Shown here: positions 17,662 to 29,080 of the stretch, piece by piece
How the letters are laid out: every line of letters starts with the position of its first letter
Position numbering within the stretch: the stretch's first letter is position 1
Assembly: GCA_963796455.1 (NCBI GenBank)
Contig: CAWCLO010000004.1
Location: forward strand, 1,184,001 to 1,248,000
Source: Candidatus Sulfomarinibacteraceae bacterium
GTDB lineage: Bacteria > Acidobacteriota > Thermoanaerobaculia > Thermoanaerobaculales > Sulfomarinibacteraceae
DNA length: 64,000 bases
Reading direction: 5' to 3'
Notes under the pieces: model-generated
Seen by the model: the letters and a program-made list of their open reading frames with translations, nothing else
Told to the model about the DNA's origin: nothing
The model's database searches: none
Program-made: the position numbers and the translations under genes

Positions 17662-18564
17662 TCAGGGTGCCCGTTTGCGAGCGCTGAAGATGAGTTGGTG
17701 CGGCCCCAGATAGCCAAGGGGCCTGGACCAGTACGCATGAACGCCCACGTCGCGGAATCCGCAACCCCGCAACGACGACAGCAGATCCCACCCGAAGTGG
17801 TAGAACGCCAGGCATCCTTCACCGGTCAGTGGGTCGCCGTGGAACTCCGGCGGGAGGTGGTGCACGATCTCTCCCTGGGGATCCACCTCCGCTCGGACCA
17901 GAGTATCGGGCCGATCCGGTAGAAAAGGAACCGAGAAATAGAAGAGCCCACCATCTCCGAGCACCCGAGCACATTCGGTAAAAGCCTTGAGATAGCCCGG
18001 TACGTGCTCGAACACGTCAAAGGAAAGCACCGCGTCAAACGATGCGTCGGGAAAACTCAGCTCCGTCACATCCTCATGACGCACGCCGGCCGGGTTGATT
18101 GCGCCGCCCTCCGTTCCGTCTCGAAGAAACTCGCTGCCGACGAGTTTGGGAAATCGTTTTTTCAACTCGGCGTGGAGCGGTGTGACCATCTCGGTCACGA
18201 AAACTCTGGCGTCCGCCTCCAACGCGAACACCTTTTCGAGGATGTGAATGGTGGCTCGCATGCGGTTGTTCAGGCCGCAAGCCTGACAACGCAGATGCTC
18301 CCTCCAGTTCGGCATCCGGATTCCATCGACTTCCCATGAGTATTCTTCGGTCACCAGGAACTCGGATTCTCCGGAACACAGATAACACCATCCCGGCACC
18401 TGAAATTCGAGCCCGTCAGCCATCAGAGATCTTTCCAGAGTTTCTCGTTGTGCGAGAACCGCCGAATCGGATTCGATCTTCGTCCGGTACTCGTCGAAGG
18501 AGCGGAGCGTCATGAGTTCCAGACTGTTTTCCGCCAATCGTCGCTTACGTTGGAAAAACCACAT
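17662..18564 (-). CDS. SAM-dependent methyltransferase domain protein (glycan-locus type)
   Basis: CYLC/CQAC N-terminal region; EDVTELSFPDASFDAVLSFDVFEHV...ECARVLGDGG. Confidence 0.8.
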   Translation of the reverse strand: MWFFQRKRRLAENSLELMTLRSFDEYRTKIESDSAVLAQRETLERSLMADGLEFQVPGWCYLCSGESEFLVTEEYSWEVDGIRMPNWREHLRCQACGLNNRMRATIHILEKVFALEADARVFVTEMVTPLHAELKKRFPKLVGSEFLRDGTEGGAINPAGVRHEDVTELSFPDASFDAVLSFDVFEHVPGYLKAFTECARVLGDGGLFYFSVPFLPDRPDTLVRAEVDPQGEIVHHLPPEFHGDPLTGEGCLAFYHFGWDLLSSLRGCGFRDVGVHAYWSRPLGYLGPHQLIFSARKRAP

Positions 18565-18744
18565 GAAACCAAACTTAGCGCGCCTCGACCCTTCAGTCCA
18601 TGTACGGGCTCGACTGGTACGACGGCCGCCACGGTTTTCTCGAGACGATCAGTTATCATCGCCAGAGAATTCGAAGGTTCGACAGCGTCAACGCCGTCAG
18701 CAAATATCAACCCGCATCGAAACCCTGGAAATCTGGAGCCGAGA

Positions 18745-19500
18745 ATGAAGGAAACGATTCTGAAGATCGGGGAGCGATTCCTTCCCCCGATCATTCAGGC
18801 GAAATTCAGGTACCGGATGACCGAGGACAGAAATCGGTACTACGATGACCTGACCTCGTGCATCATCCACAAGGACCTGAAACCGACCTCCTGTGCTGTT
18901 GATGTCGGATGCCATATCGGTACGATTCTCGACATCATGATCGAGAGCGCTCCACAGGGAACGTTTTTTGCCTTTGAACCGATCCCGATGCTCTTCGAGA
19001 TGTTGCAGGAGAAATACGGGAATGATTCGAGGGTCCGTCTCTCGCCCCTTGCTCTGAGCGATTCCCCGGGTGAAAGAACCTTTCATTGGGTCACCTCGAA
19101 CCCCGGATACAGCGGCTTTCGCGAGCGCCGCTACGATCGGCCCAGCGAAGAGATTTCAATCATCGAGGTCACGACCCAACTCCTCGACACCGTCATCGCA
19201 CCCGACTGCCACATCGACCTGATCAAAATCGACGTCGAAGGGGCGGAACTCGAGGTTCTGCAGGGGGCGCAAAGGATCCTCGCAAAGGACCATCCGGTGG
19301 TCATCTTCGAACACGGGCTCGGTGCGGCCGATTATTATGAGACGACACCGGAGAAGATCTACGAACTGCTGAACGGCAAATGCGGCCTCAATGTCTCCCT
19401 GCTCGATGGATATCTTCGAAACAAGAAGCCCATGACCTGCGAGGAGTTTCGCAAGAGGTTCTCGGTTGACTACGATTACTATTACGTGGCTCACCCATGA
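18745..19500 (+). CDS. FkbM family methyltransferase
   Basis: VDVGCHIG, FAFEPIP and IDLIKIDVEGAELEVLQG. Confidence 0.92.
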   Translation: MKETILKIGERFLPPIIQAKFRYRMTEDRNRYYDDLTSCIIHKDLKPTSCAVDVGCHIGTILDIMIESAPQGTFFAFEPIPMLFEMLQEKYGNDSRVRLSPLALSDSPGERTFHWVTSNPGYSGFRERRYDRPSEEISIIEVTTQLLDTVIAPDCHIDLIKIDVEGAELEVLQGAQRILAKDHPVVIFEHGLGAADYYETTPEKIYELLNGKCGLNVSLLDGYLRNKKPMTCEEFRKRFSVDYDYYYVAHP

Positions 19501-19574
19501 GCCTTGGTGAAGAGAAATTCGAATGGATCAATTGATTTCAAAAAACACCAAAAAGACCGGCCGGAGCGAAATCG

Positions 19575-20333
19575 ATGCCGAGTATTGAAGACAACCTCAA
19601 AACCTGGAATCAGTATTACGACTGGCCTGAAGGCGGGCACGAGTGGTCGAGCTTCTGGGGTGGAACCGATGTCTTGTGGGGAGGTTCCCTGTCTCCTCGA
19701 ATTCGATCATTTCTCCCAACCTCTTCGTTGCTGGAAATTGCACCCGGATTCGGAAGGATCACTTCCTACCTGGTGGAACGATGTGAAAAGTACATTGGTG
19801 TAGATCTGGCTGAGAAATGCGTCACCGAGTGCCGCAGCAAATTCTCGGCTTTCGAACATGCAGCCTTTTTTGTGACCGACGGCTACTCATTGAACGACGT
19901 CCCGGACAAATCGGTCGATTTCGCCTTTTCCTTCGACTCGCTCGTTCATGTCGAGGCGGATGTCATGCAGGCCTACGCACGCGAGCTGGCGAGAACACTC
20001 AAGCCCGGCGGTCGCGCGTTTCTGCATCATTCGAATGTCGGGGCCTTTCTCGACTCGTCGACCGGAGAGATCACCATCAGCAACGACCATTGGCGAGGCA
20101 CAACCATGAGCGCCCAGCTCATGAGGGAATTCGCAGCCTCATCCGGCATCCATTGTGCGGTTCAGGAAATCATCAACTGGGGCGGCACGGATCTCAGCGA
20201 TTGTTTTTCGCTTCTGGTGGCTCAATCGCCATCCGATGCAGACGAAACTCTGGTGGTTGAAAACCCCCGATTCATGGATCAGGCCGTAGCGCTCGGGCAG
20301 GCCGCAGAGGTTTTTGCGCGTGCCTCCAAGTAG
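19575..20333 (+). CDS. Class I SAM-dependent methyltransferase
   Basis: LLEIAPGFGR, VDFAFSFDSLVH and RTLKPGG. Confidence 0.88.
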   Translation: MPSIEDNLKTWNQYYDWPEGGHEWSSFWGGTDVLWGGSLSPRIRSFLPTSSLLEIAPGFGRITSYLVERCEKYIGVDLAEKCVTECRSKFSAFEHAAFFVTDGYSLNDVPDKSVDFAFSFDSLVHVEADVMQAYARELARTLKPGGRAFLHHSNVGAFLDSSTGEITISNDHWRGTTMSAQLMREFAASSGIHCAVQEIINWGGTDLSDCFSLLVAQSPSDADETLVVENPRFMDQAVALGQAAEVFARASK

Positions 20334-23214
20334 TGAAGACTTCGACCGTCTGAAACTGGGATCGTCTGCGGACGATCCAGCCGGCTCCAGGTCGTCCGAT
20401 GTCGATCCGGTTCTCGAGCAGATCTACCGGATCTCCGACGAACGTGATGGTTATTACAGCGAGTGGAAAAACAGCCAGAACCAGATACGGCAGGTTCGAA
20501 CATCCCTGATGTGGCGCGTGGCAAAGGCGTCACTCGCCATCCGCCGCCTTTTTCACCGGCCCGAACCCAAATGGCTCACGGAATCACTCTTCGATGCCAT
20601 CGAGGCAACACCACCGGACGGCAACAAATTCGAAAAGGCCCCAGACCCCGGGGCGGGTCGCTCCACTCTGCGCAGAAAGCCCATCAGAATGGCCGATCGA
20701 GACTCTCATCTCGAACGGGTCACCTTCGAGCGAAACGGGTACTACGGCGAGTGGCGTCACACCGAAAACCGACTCGAGACCATTCACTGCTCGGATCTTT
20801 GGCTTCATTGGGAGCCTTTCCGGAGATTCAAAACCCGTCTGGGTTTTGCCCTCTATCTCCTGAAGGTCATTCGTGGGCTCACCATATCGATCGTCCTTGC
20901 ACCATTCCGTGCCGTCATCCTGGCAGCAAAAAGCATTACCAAACTTCCTGGGGTCGTGTATACGCTCTGCTGGACAGCGGCGACTTCCTTGCGCGCGGTA
21001 TTTCGCGATGGCAGAACCATCGAGGCGAAGGTTCAAGCAGCGGACAACCCGAATCAATCTGAGAGCTTCCGGCCGAGGATTCTCATCGTCTCTCCCTACC
21101 ACCTCCATCCGCCAAACCACGGATCGGGCGTCCGACTGCTCAATCTCGTGCGTGAGCTCGCGTCATCCTGCGACGTTTTTCTACTCGTTTTTTCGCCTAC
21201 CGGAGAAAATCCTGAAGAGCGAAAAGCTCTCGAGGCGCTGTGTCGTCGGGTCGACTACCACCGATGGTTACCCCATCTCAAACCAAATCCGTTTGGCCTC
21301 ACACCGGCCGTGGCCGAGGTCTTCCGATCCGACCGCGTGACCGAAAAAATCCGTGACATCGTGATCGCCAACGATATTGACATCGTGCAACTCGAGCACG
21401 CCGAGTTGGGTCAGTACCGGCACGCCGTCCCGAAGGGCATTCCAGTGGTGTTGAGTGAGATCGACATTGCTTTCAGGACGCACCAGCGCAGGCGCAAGCT
21501 CAGTTTCCACACCCGCTTCGACGAAGCCCAGATCCTCCATACAACTACGATGGATGTCCTGCGTCTTTTCCGCTACGAGGTGCAGAATTGCAAGCACGTT
21601 CAGCAGATCCACACGATGTCGGAAATCGATGCAGCCTATCTGGCCCGCTTCCTGGCAGACGGAGCATCCCGGATACGCGTCATCCCGAATGGGGTCGACA
21701 CCGATGCCTTCCGTCCAACCCAACCCGCGGGACAACGAAACGATGTGCTTTTCGTCGGTAACTTCAACCACCTGCCGAATGTCGATGCGCTCGATTTCTT
21801 GCTCAAGGACGTCTGGCCCTTGCTTCGACTTCGAGTACCCGACGCGCGGCTGAACGTCGTCGGCGCAAGTCCCTCGGACCGAGTCACAGCCTTGACCGAC
21901 TGTCCCGGTGTCACGCTCATCGGCGAAGTGCCCGATCCGAGATTGTATTACCACCGGCACCGCGTCATGGTGGCTCCGATTCGTGCCGGTTCCGGCACCC
22001 GCCTCAAGATTCTCGAGTCCTTTGCGGCCGGCATACCCGTCGTATCGACATCGCTTGGGGCGGAGGGCATCGAGGCGGAGAACGACAAGCATCTCATTCT
22101 CGCCGATCGCGCGATGGACTTTGCAGATGGCATCGAACGAGTCCTGACCGATGACGCACTTTTCGAGTCCTTAGCGGAGGCCGCATCGTCCCTGGTCCGG
22201 CAAAAATACGATTGGCGATTCGTGGCACAACGAATGCACGAGGGCTTCCTCGATCTGATTCCCGAGAAGAAGCGGATTGAGATGGAAGCTGTTCGGAACG
22301 CCAAATCGGAAAAGCAGCAGCAGATCTCCTTGGTAGAACAGGGACCATTGCCCTTGGTGTCGATCGTGATACCGACCTTTCGCGGCGGCGCGGACCTCGA
22401 ACGGTGTCTGTCGTCGATCAGAAAGCAGCAGGTCGATTTTGACTACGAAATCCTGTGCGTCGATTCAGGTTCGGATGCCAGTGACATCGAAATCATGCAA
22501 CGATTTGGCGCGCGGGTCATCGGTATCGCCCAGAAGGAATTCAATCACGGCCTGACCCGGGACTTTGGCGCAACCTGTGCGCGTGGCGAATACCTCGTCT
22601 TGATGAGCCAGGATGCCGTGCCGATCCGGAACGACTGGCTCGACCGGCTGACCGAGCCCCTCCGGGTGGACAGCACCGGGACGTTGGCGGCCGTCCAAGG
22701 GGGCAGCATAGATGTTGTCGATACCGAGAGACGATTCTTCTGGGGCACATCCGGTGAACGTTTCTATTTCACCAGCGAATCACATCGTTGGATCGAACGG
22801 TTCGGCGGTGTCGGTTTTTCGACCACGAATTGTGCGATCCGCCGGATCGTCTGGGATCAATACCGGTTTGGCGAGGCCTCGATTCTCGAAGACAAAAAGT
22901 GGCAACGGCAGATTCTCGATGCAGGTTATGAAATCTGCGCTCTGCCGGAGGTGAAGGTCTTTCACTCTCACGACTACGATCTTCGAACATTACTTCGCCG
23001 TTGCTCGAGCGAGGGCTTCGGCTGGAGGTCTCTCGGTGAACGCTATAGCCTGATCGACGCAGTATCCGACGTGTTTTCACCGTCGGTATGGCGAGAGCTA
23101 CTTTTTGGTTTACAACAGAAATCAGTGCGCACCAGCGCAGAGATCGGTTTTCCGCTGCTGCGGCCCTTTGCTCTGTGGTGGGGAAATCGCTTCTCCCGCC
23201 GGGTTCTGCACTGA
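20314..23214 (+). CDS. Multidomain glycosyltransferase (GT4 plus GT2 rhamnosyltransferase-like)
   Basis: IPNGVDT, FVGNFNHLPN and GSGTRLKILES (GT4); VSIVIPT, VDSGS, FNHGLTR and MSQDA (GT2). Confidence 0.9.
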   Translation: MRVPPSSEDFDRLKLGSSADDPAGSRSSDVDPVLEQIYRISDERDGYYSEWKNSQNQIRQVRTSLMWRVAKASLAIRRLFHRPEPKWLTESLFDAIEATPPDGNKFEKAPDPGAGRSTLRRKPIRMADRDSHLERVTFERNGYYGEWRHTENRLETIHCSDLWLHWEPFRRFKTRLGFALYLLKVIRGLTISIVLAPFRAVILAAKSITKLPGVVYTLCWTAATSLRAVFRDGRTIEAKVQAADNPNQSESFRPRILIVSPYHLHPPNHGSGVRLLNLVRELASSCDVFLLVFSPTGENPEERKALEALCRRVDYHRWLPHLKPNPFGLTPAVAEVFRSDRVTEKIRDIVIANDIDIVQLEHAELGQYRHAVPKGIPVVLSEIDIAFRTHQRRRKLSFHTRFDEAQILHTTTMDVLRLFRYEVQNCKHVQQIHTMSEIDAAYLARFLADGASRIRVIPNGVDTDAFRPTQPAGQRNDVLFVGNFNHLPNVDALDFLLKDVWPLLRLRVPDARLNVVGASPSDRVTALTDCPGVTLIGEVPDPRLYYHRHRVMVAPIRAGSGTRLKILESFAAGIPVVSTSLGAEGIEAENDKHLILADRAMDFADGIERVLTDDALFESLAEAASSLVRQKYDWRFVAQRMHEGFLDLIPEKKRIEMEAVRNAKSEKQQQISLVEQGPLPLVSIVIPTFRGGADLERCLSSIRKQQVDFDYEILCVDSGSDASDIEIMQRFGARVIGIAQKEFNHGLTRDFGATCARGEYLVLMSQDAVPIRNDWLDRLTEPLRVDSTGTLAAVQGGSIDVVDTERRFFWGTSGERFYFTSESHRWIERFGGVGFSTTNCAIRRIVWDQYRFGEASILEDKKWQRQILDAGYEICALPEVKVFHSHDYDLRTLLRRCSSEGFGWRSLGERYSLIDAVSDVFSPSVWRELLFGLQQKSVRTSAEIGFPLLRPFALWWGNRFSRRVLH

Positions 23215-23262
23215 GTTGGGTCGGCTCCCACCGTTGAGCAAAAAGCGTCGGCGCAATCCGGG

Positions 23263-24235
23263 CTAGGTCATGGGCAACCACGCCTTTGCGGTCGTCTCCG
23301 CGGGCCACCGCCAACGATCAACGGTGAAAACGGTTGGAAGTACGGCTCGCATGTATCCGCGCAATGATCGCCGCTGGCAGCGGACGATCAGGTCATCGCC
23401 GTGGTTGCTCTGGCTCGACGCCTCACGGACCCGTTTTGAAATGGTTCGCCGGCCTTTCATCAAACCGATCAAACCGCCGTGGCGCCAGTTGATCACCGCC
23501 TCCGACCTTCCCTGGGCTTCAAAGCGTTTTTTCAGCCATTCCGGCGACAGCCGCTCGATGTTGACCTTGTGGCGCACCCTCGCCTCCGGCACATAGGCAA
23601 TCTCTCCGCCCAATCTTTCGATCCTCAGACACAACTCGATCTCTTCGCAGGACAGCAGATTGTTTCCCTTCCGGCCGAGGTCGGTACAGAAGCCACCGAC
23701 GGAATCGAAGACTTCGCGCCGGAAGGCGACATTCGCGCCGCGCGGATATTCGTCGTAGTGGAGCCTTCGCGCCGAATCACCCAGGTCCCACACCGAAAGA
23801 TACGGCAGAAATCTGCCAAGAAACCAGTCCGGTAATTCACCCTGAAAGACAGGTTCGATCGGGCCCCCAGCGCACTGGATCCCGTCGATGAGGAGCGCAT
23901 CGATGATCGCCTGAAGCCATCCCCGCGCCGGAAAAGCATCATCGTCCAGAAAGGCAATGAAATCACCCTTCGCATTGCGCACGCCGGTATTCCGGGCGGC
24001 AGAAAGACCCAGCTCGGTCTCCTGCAGCACCCGGACCTGGTCGGGGAAATCGTTCTCGACCGAGCGCGCCACATCGAGGGTGTCGTCGGTCGAACAATTG
24101 TCGATGATCAGAAACTCCCACCGCATGCCGCCGGACAGACCTCTGTTGCAGGGCGTCACGACAGCACTCCCCCAGGAGAGACGACCGGTTTCGAGTACAG
24201 ACGACCACCGTCACATCGGGAGAAGATTTCACCAT
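23263..24235 (-). CDS. GT2 glycosyltransferase, frameshifted near 24150
   Basis: N-terminus MVKSSPDVTVVVCTRNR lies in one frame; WEFLIIDNCSTD...GLSAARN...FLDDD...SCEEIELC lies in another. Confidence 0.8.
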
Positions 24236-24390
24236 CGCTCCATATAGTACCGAGTCCTCGGTGTTGCGGCCCCTCAATTCGAAGAAGTTTGGAACGACCG
24301 CTTCTCCGCGAAGGCTATCGAGCCTCTGCGAAACCCCTGCCCTGGTGTATCGTTGTGCCATCACGAAGCCGAACGAGGTGTGAAGACCCA

Positions 24391-26241
24391 TTGGAAATCA
24401 AGAAAATCGCCCGCAGTGCCCTCGAGGCCGTCTCCCGGAGGCTGAAAAACCATCGCTATGCCCGCGACACTGTTGATGGAAAGCCTGCCGGTACCTTTGC
24501 GTATCAATTTGCCGGTGACGGCCCGACGGGACACCTGCCTCTGACCCTTTGGTGCCGAGCCGTTGACTCGAGACTGCCGACTCGAGCCGAGGCCAAAGCC
24601 TGGATCGACCAACAAACCCTGCCCGAACTCGTGATTATCGGGCTGAGCGGCGCGGGAGACGAATTGTGGCGTGTCTCGCGACACTCCGCACCAAAGCACG
24701 CAGACAGTTCCTTCTGGTTTGCAGCGCCCGGGAAGCTCCCCGATCTCCTTCCCAACCACCTCGAATCATCTTTCCTCGTCGCCGCGGCTGAGGACGTCGA
24801 TGCCGTACTTCTCTTCGAAGGCTCCGGCCCATACCCCGAACTCCCAGCCCACGTCCCGGGAGTCGAGTGCGCATCACCCTATCGCGAGCGGGCACTCTAC
24901 CGCTCGGATGCCTATGCCTACCATGCAGCCACCGACGAAGTCCGTCCGGTGAAAGAGCAACGAATCATCAAGCTCATCGATCCCCGCGACGCCGAAGCGA
25001 CCGAAGCGACCGCGCGGCTCTTCAATCGATTCCGCCGGGGCCCCTATCTCAGTACGACGGAATTGACTGAAAAGTTGATCGTGCCCGTCCGCGATGCCGG
25101 CTTGGTCGAGCGAGACGCATCGCAAAACCACCTCCCGGCGGTTCTGATCATGGTGCCCTTTCTGGCCCGCGGCGGCGTCGAGCAGACCCTCTACGCCACC
25201 ATGGGCGCGCTGTCGGATCGTTTTGATTTTTCCATCGCCACCCTGGCGCCGCATCGAGAGGCCCTCGGCGACCGGCGCGACGATTTCCGGACCATCACCG
25301 ACCGCATCTATTGTCTCGGCGATCTCGTCCATCCGGATGTCATGATCGGGATCATCGAATCCATACTCGATTCAACCGGTGCCGAGATCATTTACAACGC
25401 CAACGGCACGACGCTTTTTTACGACTTCGCGGCGAGACTGAAAGAAAACCGGCCATCACTCCGAATCATCGATCACCTCTATGACCACGAGGTGGCCTAT
25501 ATCGATCGCTACAACGACGATCTGCTGGCCGCGGTCGACGTATGCGTGGCGGAGAACCATTTGATTGCCGACGAGCTCACCCGGCGCAGGTCCTGGCCCG
25601 CCGAACGCGTGCCCGTGATCTGGCCCTGTGGGCGACCGCAGGACGAGCTTCCCGAGCCCGCCGACCGGCCCAGAATCCGGACTGCGCTGAGGGGCGAGCT
25701 CGATCTCGCCGAGAGTGACGTGGTCGTGATCACGGCAGCGAGAATGAACCACCAGAAACGGCCCCTCGACCTGGTTCGATTGGCCGAACGCGTCCACGAT
25801 CTCGAGCACCTTCAATTCCTGGTTGTCGGCGGCGGCGATCTCGAGATGGAGATGGATCGGGAAATCGCCGGCAATCCTGAACTGCATATTCGCCGCCTGC
25901 CGTTTCGACCCGACATCCCCGAACTCATCCTCGCTGCCGATGCCGGCTGTCTGGTGTCCGAATTCGAGGGGCTGCCGGTCTTCATGCTCGAATGTCTTCA
26001 ACTCGGCAGGCCCTTCCTGGGTACCCGAGTCGGAGATCTGGGGAGAGTCCTGGACCAGACCGGCGCCGGGATCGTGGTGGATCAACCCGGCGACCTCGAC
26101 GCTCTGGAAGCGGCGGTCCGGCGCTTGGCTGACAGCAGTTTTCGCGCTGAACTCGCGCAAAAGGCCGTCGAGGCCGCCCCGAGGTTTTCCGTCGAAAGAT
26201 GCGCAGACGCCTACTCGGCAGCCTTTCTCGGAGACGATTGA
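24391..26241 (+). CDS. GT4 glycosyltransferase with unknown N-terminal domain
   Basis: PFLARGGVE, ARMNHQKRP and SEFEGLPVFMLE. Start approximate (TTG). Confidence 0.85.
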   Translation: MEIKKIARSALEAVSRRLKNHRYARDTVDGKPAGTFAYQFAGDGPTGHLPLTLWCRAVDSRLPTRAEAKAWIDQQTLPELVIIGLSGAGDELWRVSRHSAPKHADSSFWFAAPGKLPDLLPNHLESSFLVAAAEDVDAVLLFEGSGPYPELPAHVPGVECASPYRERALYRSDAYAYHAATDEVRPVKEQRIIKLIDPRDAEATEATARLFNRFRRGPYLSTTELTEKLIVPVRDAGLVERDASQNHLPAVLIMVPFLARGGVEQTLYATMGALSDRFDFSIATLAPHREALGDRRDDFRTITDRIYCLGDLVHPDVMIGIIESILDSTGAEIIYNANGTTLFYDFAARLKENRPSLRIIDHLYDHEVAYIDRYNDDLLAAVDVCVAENHLIADELTRRRSWPAERVPVIWPCGRPQDELPEPADRPRIRTALRGELDLAESDVVVITAARMNHQKRPLDLVRLAERVHDLEHLQFLVVGGGDLEMEMDREIAGNPELHIRRLPFRPDIPELILAADAGCLVSEFEGLPVFMLECLQLGRPFLGTRVGDLGRVLDQTGAGIVVDQPGDLDALEAAVRRLADSSFRAELAQKAVEAAPRFSVERCADAYSAAFLGDD

Positions 26242-26242
26242 G

Positions 26243-28074
26243 TTGTCCGGACCGTCGTTCCACCACCGTGCCCAGGCCCTTTTCTGGGAACACAACCGGC
26301 CGCTTCGAGCGTTGGCCCGCCGGATACGCAGAACGCTCTCCCTGATCTTGTATCGACTCCGAGGCCGAGTCGTCGATGCGCAACCTCCCCGGGTGGTGGC
26401 CAAACCCAGCCCCAACCTGGACCAAACCATCCCCCATCCGGCCATCGCTGTAGAAATCGGGAATAGTGTTTCACGGCAGGGAGTGGAGGCCTTTCTCGAC
26501 GGCCAGACTGAGCGTTCGGTTGTTCAGGTATCAGAATCGGCGTCCGACCCCAGCTTTGTCATCACGGTCGGAACGGGATGCAGTCTTCTGCCGCCGACCC
26601 ATCTCGAATCGCTTCTGATGGCGGCCTGCGCAGAGGACCTCGATTGGACGATCGGAGGATGGGCAGGACCGGCCCCGGGGCGATTCGGGCCCACCGGCCG
26701 GACCGCTCGCGATGACCGCGTCGATCCGGCCTCGTATGTCCTCGTCAGACTCCCGCACGACGGTCGCTGCATCCGGCGCAAGCTCACCGGACGATCGGTT
26801 CCTCACATCTGTGACATCGCGCACCTCGAGCAACCGGTGCCGACCGCCGAACCGTTTTCGATCCGATCCGGAGCTCACCGCCTTCACCACCGCATCTCCT
26901 CTGGCAGCATTACAGAGACCCCGGTTTACGACATTGACAGCGTCATGGCCCATGTTCCACCGGTGGATGGACCAAGAACTGTCCTGTTCCTCCTCCCCTA
27001 TCTTGCGGTAGGTGGTGCGGAGGCTCTGCTTCAGACCCTCGTCCGAGGCTTTGGTGACCGCTATCGCGTGATCATCGCGACCACCGACCCCCATCTGCAG
27101 GCCCTCGGTCAAACCGTTGACCGTTTTCGGGAACTGTCGCCACAGGTGTACACCCTGGGCGACTGGTTGCCGAAGGAGGCGATTCCGTCAGCCATCCGCC
27201 ATCTGTTGCGGCGGTGGCAAGTTGAGAGCCTGGTGTGCTGGAACGGCAATGTCTTTTTTTATGATCATGTGGACTCGATCAAGCGCCATTTCCCGTCAAT
27301 CCGGACCATCAACCAGCTCTACAACCATCGTGGCGGTTGGATCGAACACTATTGCCCCACCATCGTGAAGGCCACCGATCTCCACATCGCCGTCAACAGT
27401 CCGATTGCCAGAGCACTGGCGGAGGAACGGGCGGTTCCCGAACCGTCGATCAATACCATCTTCCACGGTGTGGAAATCCCCGATCTGGCGGACAACGAGG
27501 AGCGTGACCGGAAGAAGGCTCGACTTCGTCTCGAACTGGGTCTCCCGAATGACGCGCTCGTGGTTGGATCGTTCATCCGCATGCATGCACAAAAACGGCC
27601 TCTCGACATCATCCGGGTGGCACGAAAAATGGTGGACGAAGGCATTCATTTTCTGCTCGTCGGTGGCGGGTCACTGGACCGGGAGGTGGACAAAGAAATC
27701 CAGATCAACGGCCCACCGAATCTCACCCGCTTGCCGATGAGGGAGGACGCCCGGGATCTCTACGACGCGATCGATATCTGCCTGATGACGTCTTCGTTCG
27801 AGGGGCTTCCGGTGTTCCTGCTCGACGGTCTCGCCCGGGCGCTCCCTTGTGTCGCTCCGGGAGTCGGAGACATCCCCCTTCTCCTCGGCAAGGGCGGTGG
27901 CGTCGTCACCGAGAGACCGGGTGACATCGACGCCCTGGTCGCCGGAATCCGGAAGCTCAAAGACCCTGGACTGCGCCGCGAAGAGGGCTCCGCGGGCGCT
28001 CCACGGTGATCTCCAACTACGGCAACGACAAATTTGTGTCGAACTACGAAACTGCTATCTTTCCTGCACCATGA
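26243..28074 (+). CDS. GT4 glycosyltransferase, paralogue of the upstream gene; frameshift near 27985
   Basis: PYLAVGGAE, RMHAQKRP and SSFEGLPVFLLD. A typical GT4 C-terminal helix (GLRGRSTVISNYGNDKFVSNYETAIF) continues in another frame to TGA 28074, which overlaps the next ATG. Confidence 0.8.
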
Positions 28075-29041
28075 ATGCACCAACGGTCAGCGTGCTCGTA
28101 CCCTCGTACAACCACGATCGCTTTATCGGCGAAGCAATCGCCAGCGCCCTCGCCACGGATCTGACAGCGTCGAAATCGTGATCGTGGACGACGGCTCGAC
28201 AGACGATCAACCAGGGACGTGCTCCAGCGCCTTTTCCCAGGATGACCGGGTTCGAGTCTTCGATCAGGAGAACCGGGGCGCCCACGCGGCACTCAACCGA
28301 TGCCTCGAACTCGCACGGGGTGAGTACCTCTTCATTCTCAACTCGGACGATGTCTATCCGCCGCAGCGGATTCCCCGTCTGGTCGCAGGAGCTGCAGGAA
28401 CACCCGGAAGCGGCGCTCGCCACGTCCTGGATCCAGATCATCGACGACGATGGCAAAGAGCTCGGGATCAAGGAGGCTGGCACAATCTGCCGCCGTGGGA
28501 GCCGCCCACGGAGGGCCCCTATCTTTCCGCCATTGGGGACCCGAAGCTTGCCATGCTCGAGACCAATTTTGTCTCAACGACCTCGAATCTCGCCTTCCGC
28601 CGTTCCCTGATCGAGAATCAGGGTCTCAGGTTTCAAGCCTCTGCGCTACGCCCACGACTGGGATTTCATCCTATCGGCCTGCCATCACGGAGATCTTCGG
28701 GTGGTCACGGACCCGTTGATCTCTACCGCGTCCATTCGACGAACACGATCAAGGAAGGTGCCGACTCCGGAGTCGGGCCGATGCGTTTCGAGATTCAGTG
28801 GGTGGTCGCCCGCCACGCCTATCGGCTGCTCAAATCAGCGGCCGGACCAAGGGACACGATTGACGACCTCATTCAACTCGCCTGGAACTCGATGCCGAGC
28901 TTCGGTTGTGACGGAATCCTCGACCGCCTCCTCGTGCTCCGGGGTGAAACGGACACTCCGCCGGCTACCTATGACGCGCTCATCGATCCCGACCATCCCC
29001 TGCACCGATCCGCGGTTGTCACCCTCGCCGCTGCGGATTAG
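28071..29041 (+). pseudogene. GT2 glycosyltransferase with multiple frameshifts (pseudogene or sequencing errors)
   Basis: MNAPTVSVLVPSYNH, VEIVIVDDGSTD, ELQEHPEAALATSW, LRYAHDWDFIL and LYRVHSTNTI are spread over all three frames. Confidence 0.75.
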
Positions 29042-29080
29042 TCGGCCACCAATTCGTCGAAACTCCGCAGAGTCCTGGCG

